A stretch of 64,000 nucleotides of DNA from NCBI GenBank assembly GCA_018714045.1, contig DVNX01000113.1:11016-75015 (forward strand), read 5' to 3'. Positions 21,740 to 29,944 of the stretch are shown one piece after another; within the stretch, counting starts at the first letter, position 1; every line of letters begins with the position of its first letter. The notes under the pieces were generated by a model, which did not search any database, was not told the origin of the DNA, and saw only the letters and a program-made list of their open reading frames with translations. The position numbers and the translations under genes were made by a program. The stretch is from Candidatus Ornithoclostridium faecavium. Its GTDB lineage: Bacteria; Bacillota; Clostridia; Christensenellales; UBA3700.

Positions 21740-22485
21740 TACTTTTTCAATACCCCCGCTTTCTTTAATTCTTTCGATATCTTGAGACCGACAAGAGTAC
21801 CGACGACAGCAACGGCGCATACCGCGACCGCCATACCGACAGCCGACCACGGCGCGTTTTCGGCTACCGCCGTCATACCGACGTCGTTTATTATCTTGTT
21901 GTAAACGTAGTTGAAAGGAAGAGAGAGCGGATTGTACAGCGCGACAGCGAAAAATACCGCTTTATCCGACTTGTAACCCTTGAATATAAGGACAACGAGG
22001 ATCTCGAGTATAAGCCCGACTATAACGTTGTTTATAAACATTGCGGGAGACATGAACAGCTGTATCACTCCCGTGAACACTGCGATAAGGAACATACTTC
22101 CCACCTTTCTCACCTTTGAAAGCGCTATAGCGGGGAATACCGCAAGCTGAAGCCCCGTTACAAGCTGAGCTATGCCGAACACCGTCGTAAGAAGAGGTAC
22201 GACCAGCATCATGACCGAACATGTAAGAAGAGTTATCGCCGACATTACCGCGAGAAAGACTATATCCTTTATCCTGAATCTTTGGAATATCTTGGCTTCG
22301 TCGTCGGTTTCCTCTTTGCCGTGCTTATCGACGAAAAAGCTCTCTTCTGCTTCTTCGCAGAACGCGTCGTCGTCCTTTATCCCGACAGCTTCTTTTTCGG
22401 TATTTTTACCGCATTTTTTCGTATCCGTGTCAGTAATACCGATATTTTCATCCGACTTTACGTTGTTTTCTTTAACTTCTTTCAC
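21739..22485 (-). CDS. putative ECF transporter S component (MptD-like) with an acidic N-terminal extension
   Basis: 248 aa. The C-terminal ~175 aa form a multi-helix membrane core directly upstream of EcfT and EcfAA'. GTG start with AAGGAGGAG SD. Confidence 0.6.
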   Translation of the reverse strand: MKEVKENNVKSDENIGITDTDTKKCGKNTEKEAVGIKDDDAFCEEAEESFFVDKHGKEETDDEAKIFQRFRIKDIVFLAVMSAITLLTCSVMMLVVPLLTTVFGIAQLVTGLQLAVFPAIALSKVRKVGSMFLIAVFTGVIQLFMSPAMFINNVIVGLILEILVVLIFKGYKSDKAVFFAVALYNPLSLPFNYVYNKIINDVGMTAVAENAPWSAVGMAVAVCAVAVVGTLVGLKISKELKKAGVLKK

Positions 22486-24171
22486 TTATTTCTCCTCCTT
22501 TATCCTTCCGTTTTCTATCCTGTAAACTCTGTCAGCTATTGCCATCGTAGACTCTCTGTGAGAGACCAGGATTATCGCCTTGTCCTTTTTCTGCTCCGCA
22601 AGCGATCTTAAGATCATTCCTTCGTTGATACTGTCCACGTTGCTTGTAGGCTCGTCGAGAAGTATAAGTCCGCTTCCGCGCAGAAAAGCCCTCGCGAGTC
22701 CTATTCTCTGCTTTTCGCCCGCGCTCAGATTGTCGCCCAGCGCTCCCGCGCGGGTCTCATACCCTTCAGGAAGAGAGACAATAAAGTCGTGTACAGATGC
22801 CCGTCTGCACGCCCTTTCGAGTTCTTCTTCAGTTGCGTCCTCTTTCGCGATCCTCAGATTTTCCTCGATAGTATCGTCGAAAAGATAGGTGGACTGACTA
22901 ACCATCGTAACGTTATCGGTAAGGCTGCTTGAGTTTATCTCTTCGATATCCTTTCCGCAATACGATATACTGCCGCCGTCTTTGCTCCAGAAGCGAAGCA
23001 GCAATTTGAGAAGAGTGGATTTCCCGCAACCGCTTTTGCCTACGATGCCGACTATCTCGCCGCGCTTTGCGTTAAGACAGATGTCTTTCAGCACTTCTTT
23101 ATCCTTTTCGTAAGAAAAGCAGAGATCTTTAACTTCGAGATCTTCGAACAAGAAATCTTCGCCGTTTTCTATGTTTTCGACGACGGGCTTTTCGTTCAGC
23201 AGTTTTAAGACCCTGTCTCCGCTCGCGAAAGTCTGCGTAAGGTTCCCGGGAAGCGCGGATATCGCGATGACGGGTCCGAAGCTTCCGAATATCGCGACTA
23301 CGCCTATGATCGCCTTACCTATCGATATTTCTCCCGCGGCAACCAAAGCGACCGCCGCGCCAGCCGCGATGAGAGTCATAAACGATACGGTAAATTCCGT
23401 CGCCGCCGTAGCGTTTGCTATCTTGTATTTAAGTTCGCGGGTATATCCCGAAAGAGTGTCCGATCTTTCCGAAACGCCGCGCTTTCTCGTCTCTCCCGCG
23501 TTGTTGAGCACTATATCCTTTATGCCCTTTATGCTGTCGAGAAAATAGGCGTTGAACGCTGAAAAGCACGCGCGGTATTTTACGCCCGCCTCTTTCATCG
23601 CAGAAGAGGATATCAGCGGCGCGACTATTCCGACCGCTATATACCCGATAGCCGCTACGAGAGCCAGCCACCAGCTCGATACGAGACCCACGAAAATCAT
23701 CACCGCCGCAGATACGGTCAGCGCGATGCATATCGGCGATACCGTATGCGCGTAAAACACTTCGAGCGTCTCTATGTCAGAAGTCAGCATCGCTATGATG
23801 CTTCCCTTCTGCTTGCTTTCGAGTTTAGCGGGGCAAAGCCTTCTGAGCGCGGAAAAGATCTTGTCTCTTAGCACCGCGAGAAGCTTGAACGCGATATAGT
23901 GGTTGCAATACTGTTCGACAAATCTGAGTCCGCCTCTGAGCACGCCCAGTCCTACCGCCATGCCGATTATTACCCCGTACGACAAAGCTATCTGTTCGCC
24001 TAAAGCCTTGGCGACGCCGACAGCGCCGAAAACAGTAACGCCCATAGAGCATACAAATCCCAGACTTCCGTTTATCACCGCGAATACCATTACGTACGCG
24101 AGAGAGCCTAAAAGCACGATCAGACTCGCCATTATCCTGCCGCCGCTCATTCTGCCGCCTTGCTTTTTCAT
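22486..24171 (-). CDS. ABC transporter permease/ATPase fusion (exporter-type, CydC-like)
   Basis: 561 aa: N-terminal 6-TM domain and C-terminal NBD (GKSGCGKST, LSAGEKQR, LLDEPTS). Confidence 0.8.
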   Translation of the reverse strand: MKKQGGRMSGGRIMASLIVLLGSLAYVMVFAVINGSLGFVCSMGVTVFGAVGVAKALGEQIALSYGVIIGMAVGLGVLRGGLRFVEQYCNHYIAFKLLAVLRDKIFSALRRLCPAKLESKQKGSIIAMLTSDIETLEVFYAHTVSPICIALTVSAAVMIFVGLVSSWWLALVAAIGYIAVGIVAPLISSSAMKEAGVKYRACFSAFNAYFLDSIKGIKDIVLNNAGETRKRGVSERSDTLSGYTRELKYKIANATAATEFTVSFMTLIAAGAAVALVAAGEISIGKAIIGVVAIFGSFGPVIAISALPGNLTQTFASGDRVLKLLNEKPVVENIENGEDFLFEDLEVKDLCFSYEKDKEVLKDICLNAKRGEIVGIVGKSGCGKSTLLKLLLRFWSKDGGSISYCGKDIEEINSSSLTDNVTMVSQSTYLFDDTIEENLRIAKEDATEEELERACRRASVHDFIVSLPEGYETRAGALGDNLSAGEKQRIGLARAFLRGSGLILLDEPTSNVDSINEGMILRSLAEQKKDKAIILVSHRESTMAIADRVYRIENGRIKEEK

Positions 24172-25931
24172 AACGCCGCACCTCCTTTTGCGTACAAGAG
24201 ATAACCCTGTTCGAGCTCTTTCTGCGTATTATAAAGCGCCGCATACTCTCCGCCCTTCGCGCATAGCTCTGAGTGCGTTCCGCTTTCCTCGACCGCGCCG
24301 TCGTTGAGAAAATATATTTTGTCAGCCTTAACGACGTTTTCCAATCTGTGGGATATGACTACCACCGCCGCTTTTTTTGACAGCGCGTCGATATTTTCCA
24401 TTATCACGGCTTCGCTTTCTACGTCGATATTAGAAGTCGCCTCGTCAAAAACATATATATCCTTATCTGCAACCAGATTGACAGCGAGCGCGAGCCTCTG
24501 CTTCTGCCCGCCCGAAATATTGCCCGCGTCTTCCGTTATCACCTTGTCGGGTCCGCCGTTTTCTCTGACGAAATCGGCGAGATCTACCTTTTTGAGCGCG
24601 GAGTATATCTCGTCGTCGCTTACGTCGTTTTTCGCCATGCGGAAATTGTCTCTTACGCTTTCGTTGAATATGTAAGTATTGTAACTTACCACCGCTAAGC
24701 GCGAATAATAACTCTCTCTGGAAAATTCGTCGAAAGTCTTTCCTCCTACGAGGACCTGTCCGTCAGAAGGCCTCAGCGCCCCCGTTATAAGACCTACCGC
24801 AGTCGATTTACCGCTGCCGCTCTTTCCTACTATCGCGGTTATCCCCTTGCTGAAAGTCATGTTTACGTTTTTGAGCACGTCGCGACTGCCGTCGTAAGAA
24901 AAGGTCACGTTTCTGAGTTCCACGTCTCCGTCTCCGACCTCGCCCTTTCCCCAGACGGGCTGTTTTGCGTCAAGAAGAGCCTTTATCTTTTTACCTGCGC
25001 TTGCACCGTTCATAGCTACGTGAAACGCGCTGCCGAGAGCTCTCAAAGGCAGGAAAAATTCTACCGCGACGAGAATGAGGAACAGCGCTTCGAAAGGCGT
25101 TAAGTACCCATTTACAGCCCCCGTCACCGCAAGCGCTATACCCGCGCCCGCTCCGCCGAACGCGACCAGATCCATGATAGTGGTGCTGGCGAGTTGCATG
25201 ACCAGCACTTTCATCGTGATCTTGCGGAATTCTTCAGCCTTTTCGTTCATCTTTTCGTGATAGCGAGCGTCCGCTTTATATATCTTGAGTTCTTTGAGCC
25301 CCTGCACGCCGTCCAGAAATCCGTCTCCCATCGCCGTATACTTTCCCCAGTATTTAGCGAATATCCTCTTTGCGTACTTGCTGACCGCGATTATAGAAAG
25401 CGGTATCAGCGGCACGCACGCGAGAAGTACGAGCGAGGTGCGCCAGTCTATGAACACGCATACCGAAAAAAGAACAAAAGGAGCTATCACCGAAAAGAAG
25501 AACTGCGGAAGGTAGTTGGAATAATAAAGGTCGAGTTGCTCTATGCCTTCCATGCTCACCTGCGTAAGACCCGCCATACTCATCTCTTCCGTCGTGCGCA
25601 CGCCGAGGGAGACTATCTTGTCGTAAGTCTTTGTCCTGAGCTCCTTTCTGACTTTCGCGCCGAGGCTTGCTTTTATCCTGTTCACGGCTATCCCGGTCGG
25701 GATCCTCAGGATAACGCCTGCGAGCGCGAGCGCCGCGGGAATAACGTATCCTCCGGCCTCTGCACCTTCCGCCGCAAGAGCTATCATATTGCATATACAT
25801 GCCGTCACCGCCATGTTGAGCAGCATCGCGACGACGGACAAGACGACCGTCGCCGCAATATATCTGCCGCTTCCCTTTGCCAATAAAAACAGATCTTTAT
25901 CCAGCATATCTATTTCCTTCTTCCCCGTCAT
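24168..25931 (-). CDS. ABC transporter permease/ATPase fusion (exporter-type, CydD-like)
   Basis: 587 aa with a TMD and an NBD (GKSGSGKST, ISGGQKQR, VFDEATS). ATGA overlaps at both ends. Confidence 0.8.
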   Translation of the reverse strand: MTGKKEIDMLDKDLFLLAKGSGRYIAATVVLSVVAMLLNMAVTACICNMIALAAEGAEAGGYVIPAALALAGVILRIPTGIAVNRIKASLGAKVRKELRTKTYDKIVSLGVRTTEEMSMAGLTQVSMEGIEQLDLYYSNYLPQFFFSVIAPFVLFSVCVFIDWRTSLVLLACVPLIPLSIIAVSKYAKRIFAKYWGKYTAMGDGFLDGVQGLKELKIYKADARYHEKMNEKAEEFRKITMKVLVMQLASTTIMDLVAFGGAGAGIALAVTGAVNGYLTPFEALFLILVAVEFFLPLRALGSAFHVAMNGASAGKKIKALLDAKQPVWGKGEVGDGDVELRNVTFSYDGSRDVLKNVNMTFSKGITAIVGKSGSGKSTAVGLITGALRPSDGQVLVGGKTFDEFSRESYYSRLAVVSYNTYIFNESVRDNFRMAKNDVSDDEIYSALKKVDLADFVRENGGPDKVITEDAGNISGGQKQRLALAVNLVADKDIYVFDEATSNIDVESEAVIMENIDALSKKAAVVVISHRLENVVKADKIYFLNDGAVEESGTHSELCAKGGEYAALYNTQKELEQGYLLYAKGGAAL

Positions 25932-26434
25932 CCGACGAGCTTTGCTTTGCTAAGATCGCAGGTCACCGAAAACTCTACGACTTTGTTCATGATTTTCACT
26001 TCACATTCAAGCGATATCTCAGAGTCCAGCTCCTCGCGCGTCATTTCGAACGTAAAACTCTGATATCCGTCCGCTGCGCCCTGCTTTCCCTGGGTTTTAC
26101 CCGATTTTCTCACGACTTTGACGCTTCCCAGCATGCCGTCGTCGCAATAAAATGTCAAAGTATAGCCGCTTTGAGTCTTTTCGACCGTAACGTAATCGGC
26201 GCAATTTGCCGATATCATCGTCTTTCCGATAGCGGACGTGTCTCCTATTTCGTAAGGCACTCTGAACACCCCCGTATCTTCCGAATCGATATCGTAAATT
26301 TCTCCCAACGTTCTTCCGTATACGTCTGTCCCTTCGTAAACGACTTCTCCGTTGTTATCGTTACACGCGGTAAACGCAAAAATCGCGATCGCGATCGTAA
26401 GCGTCGCAATCATACACTTAACTATTCTCTTCAT
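25928..26434 (-). CDS. lipoprotein of unknown function
   Basis: 168 aa. Signal peptide with lipobox (IAIFAFTAC). No family recognised by eye. Confidence 0.65.
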   Translation of the reverse strand: MKRIVKCMIATLTIAIAIFAFTACNDNNGEVVYEGTDVYGRTLGEIYDIDSEDTGVFRVPYEIGDTSAIGKTMISANCADYVTVEKTQSGYTLTFYCDDGMLGSVKVVRKSGKTQGKQGAADGYQSFTFEMTREELDSEISLECEVKIMNKVVEFSVTCDLSKAKLVG

Positions 26435-26826
26435 TTAGCGTCCTCTCCTTTTTCAGTCTTTCCCGTCGCATTCGTCTTTCCCTTTGTTTCGTTTTTTCCA
26501 TTTGCCATCTTTTTCTCTCTGCTCTTGCGTTGCAAAGTCTCCCTTAAATGAGCAAACGCAACTAACGGATCGTAAAAGATCATTCTGGGTCCGCTATATC
26601 GCATGACTTCTTTTATCTTTTCTCTCATTTCAGGCTTGTAACAATGTATCCTGCAATTAGAGCAAAAGGGCTTGTCGTCTCCGAAAGGACATTTCGATCG
26701 CCTGAACTGTACGTACTCCCACAGCTCTTGGCAATCCTTGCAAAGCTTTCCCTTTTCAGTTTTGTGTCTGCCGCGACAATACAGCTCTATCATGAACCTG
26801 ACGGTGGCAAGATCGTCTTTACGCAT
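26431..26826 (-). CDS. YgbA-like Cys-rich protein (the family annotated as nitrous oxide-stimulated promoter protein)
   Basis: 131 aa with CRGRH..CKDC..CPFG..CSNCRIHCYKP, characteristic of YgbA-like proteins. AAGAGGAGG SD. Confidence 0.65.
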   Translation of the reverse strand: MRKDDLATVRFMIELYCRGRHKTEKGKLCKDCQELWEYVQFRRSKCPFGDDKPFCSNCRIHCYKPEMREKIKEVMRYSGPRMIFYDPLVAFAHLRETLQRKSREKKMANGKNETKGKTNATGKTEKGEDAK

Positions 26827-26841
26827 AGTCCTCCTCTTTAG

Positions 26842-26857
26842 GTTAGCAATTGCTAAC
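26842..26857. promoter_or_regulatory. operator-like perfect 16-bp palindrome GTTAGCAATTGCTAAC (copy 1)
   Basis: Perfect dyad, 16 nt upstream of the ygbA-like ATG, just before its SD. Confidence 0.55.
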
Positions 26858-26959
26858 TTGCCTGGTTTGAATAACGGCGTTCAGAAGGCGTATCTTCGCC
26901 ATACCTTACGCCGCTCTTTGAAAAGACATCTCTTTCCTTTGCTCAATTATCATATCATA

Positions 26960-26988
26960 AGTATACTGCGCCGTATTTGTGTTAGCAA
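26960..26988 (-). promoter_or_regulatory. candidate promoter of the seven-gene operon
   Basis: Minus strand has TTGCTA (inside palindrome copy 2), a 17-nt spacer, then TATACT. Confidence 0.45.
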
Positions 26989-26996
26989 TAGCTAAC
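26981..26996. promoter_or_regulatory. operator-like palindrome GTTAGCAATAGCTAAC (copy 2)
   Basis: The 6-bp arms are perfect inverted repeats and only the central N4 differs from copy 1. Overlaps the candidate -35. Confidence 0.55.
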
Positions 26997-27101
26997 ATAT
27001 CGCTACTCTGTAAATTATATGATACGTTGCGACAAAATACCCGTATTTATCGCAAAATCCGTAATCCGATATCATTTGAATAAATGTTACCGCATTTTTA
27101 A

Positions 27102-27117
27102 GTTACCTATTGCTTAC
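27102..27117. promoter_or_regulatory. degenerate third copy GTTACCTATTGCTTAC
   Basis: One mismatch per half-site relative to GTTAGC/GCTAAC. It lies 22 nt upstream of the -35 of the plus-strand promoter. Confidence 0.35.
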
Positions 27118-27139
27118 TTTATTCTCTAAAAATCCGCTA

Positions 27140-27168
27140 TTGACCAAAGCGCGCCTTTATTTTATAAT
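27140..27168 (+). promoter_or_regulatory. sigma-A type promoter of the flavin oxidoreductase gene
   Basis: TTGACC, a 17-nt spacer, then TATAAT. AAGGAGG SD follows. Confidence 0.6.
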
Positions 27169-27196
27169 AAAAACGGATATGTAAGGAGGAATTCAT

Positions 27197-29248
27197 ATGC
27201 AGGACAAATTCAAACCGTTGTTCACGCCGTGGAAAATACGCGACGTTGAGATCAAGAACAGGATAGTCCTCTGTCCTATGGGCGGAACTTCCCTGTTCGG
27301 CTGGATGGAACCCAATCACTTCGACAAGGTCGCCGCAGATTTCTTTATGGAAAGAGCAAAACACGACGTCGGACTTATAATCCCCGGCATCGCTCCGCTC
27401 AGAGACACCATAGGCGGAAGATGGCTGTACAAAAACAAGAAGATGTTCGGTAAGCTCAAAGATTATATGGTCGAATTCCATAAGACCGGCGCTAAAATGT
27501 TCATTCAGCTTACCGCGGGTTTCGGCAGATCTTTCGCTGTCACAGACGCTCTGGTACCTATGCTGAAAAACAAAGCTCTCGGTCTGCTGGCAAAACCATT
27601 CGTGGACATACAGTATATCTGCGCTTCTCCCAGCGAGCTTCCTTCGCGTTGGGCTGAAGACGTTATGTGCCGCGCGCTGACCAAAAAGGAAATTCAGCAG
27701 ATGGTCTACGCTTTTGCCGAGACGGCGCGTCTGTGCAAAGAAGCGGGAGTCGACGGCGTTGAAGTCCACGCCGTTCACGAAGGATATCTTCTCGATCAGT
27801 TTACCCTTCCATATACCAATAAACGCACGGACGAATACGGCGGCAGCTTTGAAAACCGTTACCGCTTTGCCGTCGACGTCGTAAAGGCGATAAAGGCGGC
27901 TTGCGGAGAAAACTACCCCGTTTCCCTGCGCTATTCGGTACTCAGCAAGACTAAGGATTTCTGCGTGGGAGCTATGCCCGGCGAAGTCTACGACGAAATA
28001 GGCAGAGATATGGAAGAAAGCGAAAAAGCGGCTAAATATCTGCAGGACGCGGGTTACGATATGCTGAACGCGGACAACGGCACTTACGACGCGTGGTACT
28101 GGGCACACCCGCCCGCATATATGCCGAAGAACTGCAACCTCGACGACGTCGCGCATATCAGAAAATTCGTCGATATCCCCGTAGTATGCGCGGGAAGAAT
28201 GGAACCCGATACAGCCGCGCAGGCAATCAAAGACGGCAAGATCGACGCTATGGGCGTCGCGCGTCAATTCCTCGCGGACGGCGCGTGGGTCACAAAGCTC
28301 AAGGAAGACAAACTCGACGATATACGCCCGTGCATATGCTGTCACAACGCGTGTTTCGCGATGGCGCATTATAAAGGAGTCGCCAACGACGAAACTTTCG
28401 ACGACGCGTCCCACATGGCGCGGTGCGCGCTCAACCCGCAGACGATGCAGGGACATAAGTACGACATAATTCCTGCCAAAAAGCCGAAAACGGTCGCGGT
28501 CATCGGCGGCGGCATAGGCGGCATGGAGACCGCAAGGATAGCGACTCTCCGCGGACATAAAGTCACGATATACGAAAAGACGGATAAGCTGGGCGGCGTA
28601 TTCATTGCCGCGGCGGCGCCCGATTTCAAGGAAAAGGACAAAGACCTGATAAAGTGGTATATAAAGCAGATAAACGACCTTAATATACCCGTTAAATTCA
28701 ACTGCGAAATAAAGGATATTTCAAGTCTTAAAGAAGACGAGATAGTCGTCGCTACCGGCGCGGTCGCGCGGAAGATGAATATCAAAGGCATAGAACGCGC
28801 GAAAGAAGCGGTAGAATATCTTTCGGGAGCGCAGACAGGCGAAAACGTAGTCGTAATCGGCGGCGGTCTTACAGGCTGCGAAATAGCTTACGATCTCTTC
28901 CTGAAAGGAAAGAAACCCGTCATCGTTGAGATGAAAAACGACCTCATCGCGGTGCGCGGCGTATGCCTTGCCAACTCCTCTTATCTGAGAGATTTCTTCG
29001 CATATAACAAAGTGCCCGTCTATCTCGAAAGCAAAGTTTCCGAAATAGGAGAAAACAGCGTCACCGTAACCGATAAGAACGGCAAAAAGACGGTGCTCAA
29101 AGCGGACGACGTGATCGTTTCAGTCGGATACGCTCCCGCGCCGTTAGCCGCTAAAGACAAACGCGTTTCTCTGGTCGGCGACGCTAACGGAGTCGGCAAC
29201 CTGCGCACAGTGATATGGCGCGCGTGGGACGTGGCAAAGAAGATATGA
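27197..29248 (+). CDS. NADH:flavin oxidoreductase, 2-enoate reductase / 2,4-dienoyl-CoA reductase-like (OYE barrel plus Fe-S plus FAD/NAD domain)
   Basis: 683 aa: OYE-like N-terminus (NRIVLCPMG), Cys cluster RPCICCHNACF and a GGGIGGME dinucleotide fold. Confidence 0.8.
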   Translation: MQDKFKPLFTPWKIRDVEIKNRIVLCPMGGTSLFGWMEPNHFDKVAADFFMERAKHDVGLIIPGIAPLRDTIGGRWLYKNKKMFGKLKDYMVEFHKTGAKMFIQLTAGFGRSFAVTDALVPMLKNKALGLLAKPFVDIQYICASPSELPSRWAEDVMCRALTKKEIQQMVYAFAETARLCKEAGVDGVEVHAVHEGYLLDQFTLPYTNKRTDEYGGSFENRYRFAVDVVKAIKAACGENYPVSLRYSVLSKTKDFCVGAMPGEVYDEIGRDMEESEKAAKYLQDAGYDMLNADNGTYDAWYWAHPPAYMPKNCNLDDVAHIRKFVDIPVVCAGRMEPDTAAQAIKDGKIDAMGVARQFLADGAWVTKLKEDKLDDIRPCICCHNACFAMAHYKGVANDETFDDASHMARCALNPQTMQGHKYDIIPAKKPKTVAVIGGGIGGMETARIATLRGHKVTIYEKTDKLGGVFIAAAAPDFKEKDKDLIKWYIKQINDLNIPVKFNCEIKDISSLKEDEIVVATGAVARKMNIKGIERAKEAVEYLSGAQTGENVVVIGGGLTGCEIAYDLFLKGKKPVIVEMKNDLIAVRGVCLANSSYLRDFFAYNKVPVYLESKVSEIGENSVTVTDKNGKKTVLKADDVIVSVGYAPAPLAAKDKRVSLVGDANGVGNLRTVIWRAWDVAKKI

Positions 29249-29319
29249 TAAACACGGGCATAAAAATTTTGCAAAATACGAAAGCCCTTTATACGCTGTA
29301 AAAAGGTATAAGTCAAACA

Positions 29320-29350
29320 AAAAAGCGCGGGAGCATATCCCGCGCTTTTT
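29320..29350 (+). terminator. intrinsic terminator
   Basis: GCGCGGGA-gcata-TCCCGCGC followed by TTTTT, preceded by an A-run (possibly bidirectional). Confidence 0.7.
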
Positions 29351-29500
29351 GCGCTTTGCCGAATTACTCTATATTCCCGCCTTACCGCCGTCGTCTGTTT
29401 ATATCTTTATCTGAACCGTCCTTACTTTCTTTATCGGCGAGCCGTCAAACCCGCTTCTTTTAGCGCGCTTTATAAATAAATAACGCCTGGCGGCAAAGCA

Positions 29501-29526
29501 TAAAAAAAGAAGCCTTTCGGCTTCTC
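29501..29526 (-). terminator. intrinsic terminator of acpP
   Basis: Minus strand has GAAGCC-gaaa-GGCTTC followed by TTTTTTT. It lies 13 nt after the acpP stop. Confidence 0.65.
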
Positions 29527-29538
29527 TTTATTCTTTTC

Positions 29539-29769
29539 TTATTTCTTGTTAGCTTCGATGTATTTGACGACGTCGCCTACCGTTACGAATTCACGCACCG
29601 CGTCTTCTTCAATTTCTACGCCGAATTCGTCCTCAGCCGCCATAACAAGCTCTACCATATCGAGCGAATCCGCCTGCAGGTCCTCTTTAAGCTTCGTGTC
29701 GACGGTTATTTCATCTTCGGATATGCTCATCTTGCCTGCTATGATTTGTTTTACCTTTTCGAGTACCAT
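29539..29769 (-). CDS. acpP: acyl carrier protein
   Basis: MVLEKVKQIIAGKMSISEDEI...LQADSLDMVELVMAAEDEFG, with the DSLD phosphopantetheine site. GGAGG SD precedes the ATG at 29769. Confidence 0.9.
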   Translation of the reverse strand: MVLEKVKQIIAGKMSISEDEITVDTKLKEDLQADSLDMVELVMAAEDEFGVEIEEDAVREFVTVGDVVKYIEANKK

Positions 29770-29837
29770 TGATTTTACCTCCGTATATTGCTTGAAATAA
29801 GACCGCACGTAATACCGCATCTTTTTCTTACTTATTC

Positions 29838-29866
29838 AGTATAACTCTTTTTGCGGATATTTGCAA
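29838..29866 (-). promoter_or_regulatory. candidate acpP promoter
   Basis: Minus strand has TTGCAA, a 17-nt spacer, then TATACT. Confidence 0.5.
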
Positions 29867-29884
29867 CAAAATTAATCTTTGCGT

Positions 29885-29902
29885 ATTCGTAGCGCTACGA
29901 AT
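29885..29902. promoter_or_regulatory. perfect 18-bp palindrome ATTCGTAGCGCTACGAAT
   Basis: Perfect dyad between the PPTase stop and the acpP promoter, with no adjoining U-tract. Confidence 0.35.
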
Positions 29903-29944
29903 ATGCGCAAAATGTAAGAATTTACGCATTCAAGCGCGGGCAAT

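Noticed and set aside
27137-28558. 473-aa minus-strand ORF
   Set aside because: It is antisense to the flavin oxidoreductase, which has OYE, Fe-S and FAD motifs plus a promoter and SD. The shadow ORF would also run through that promoter.
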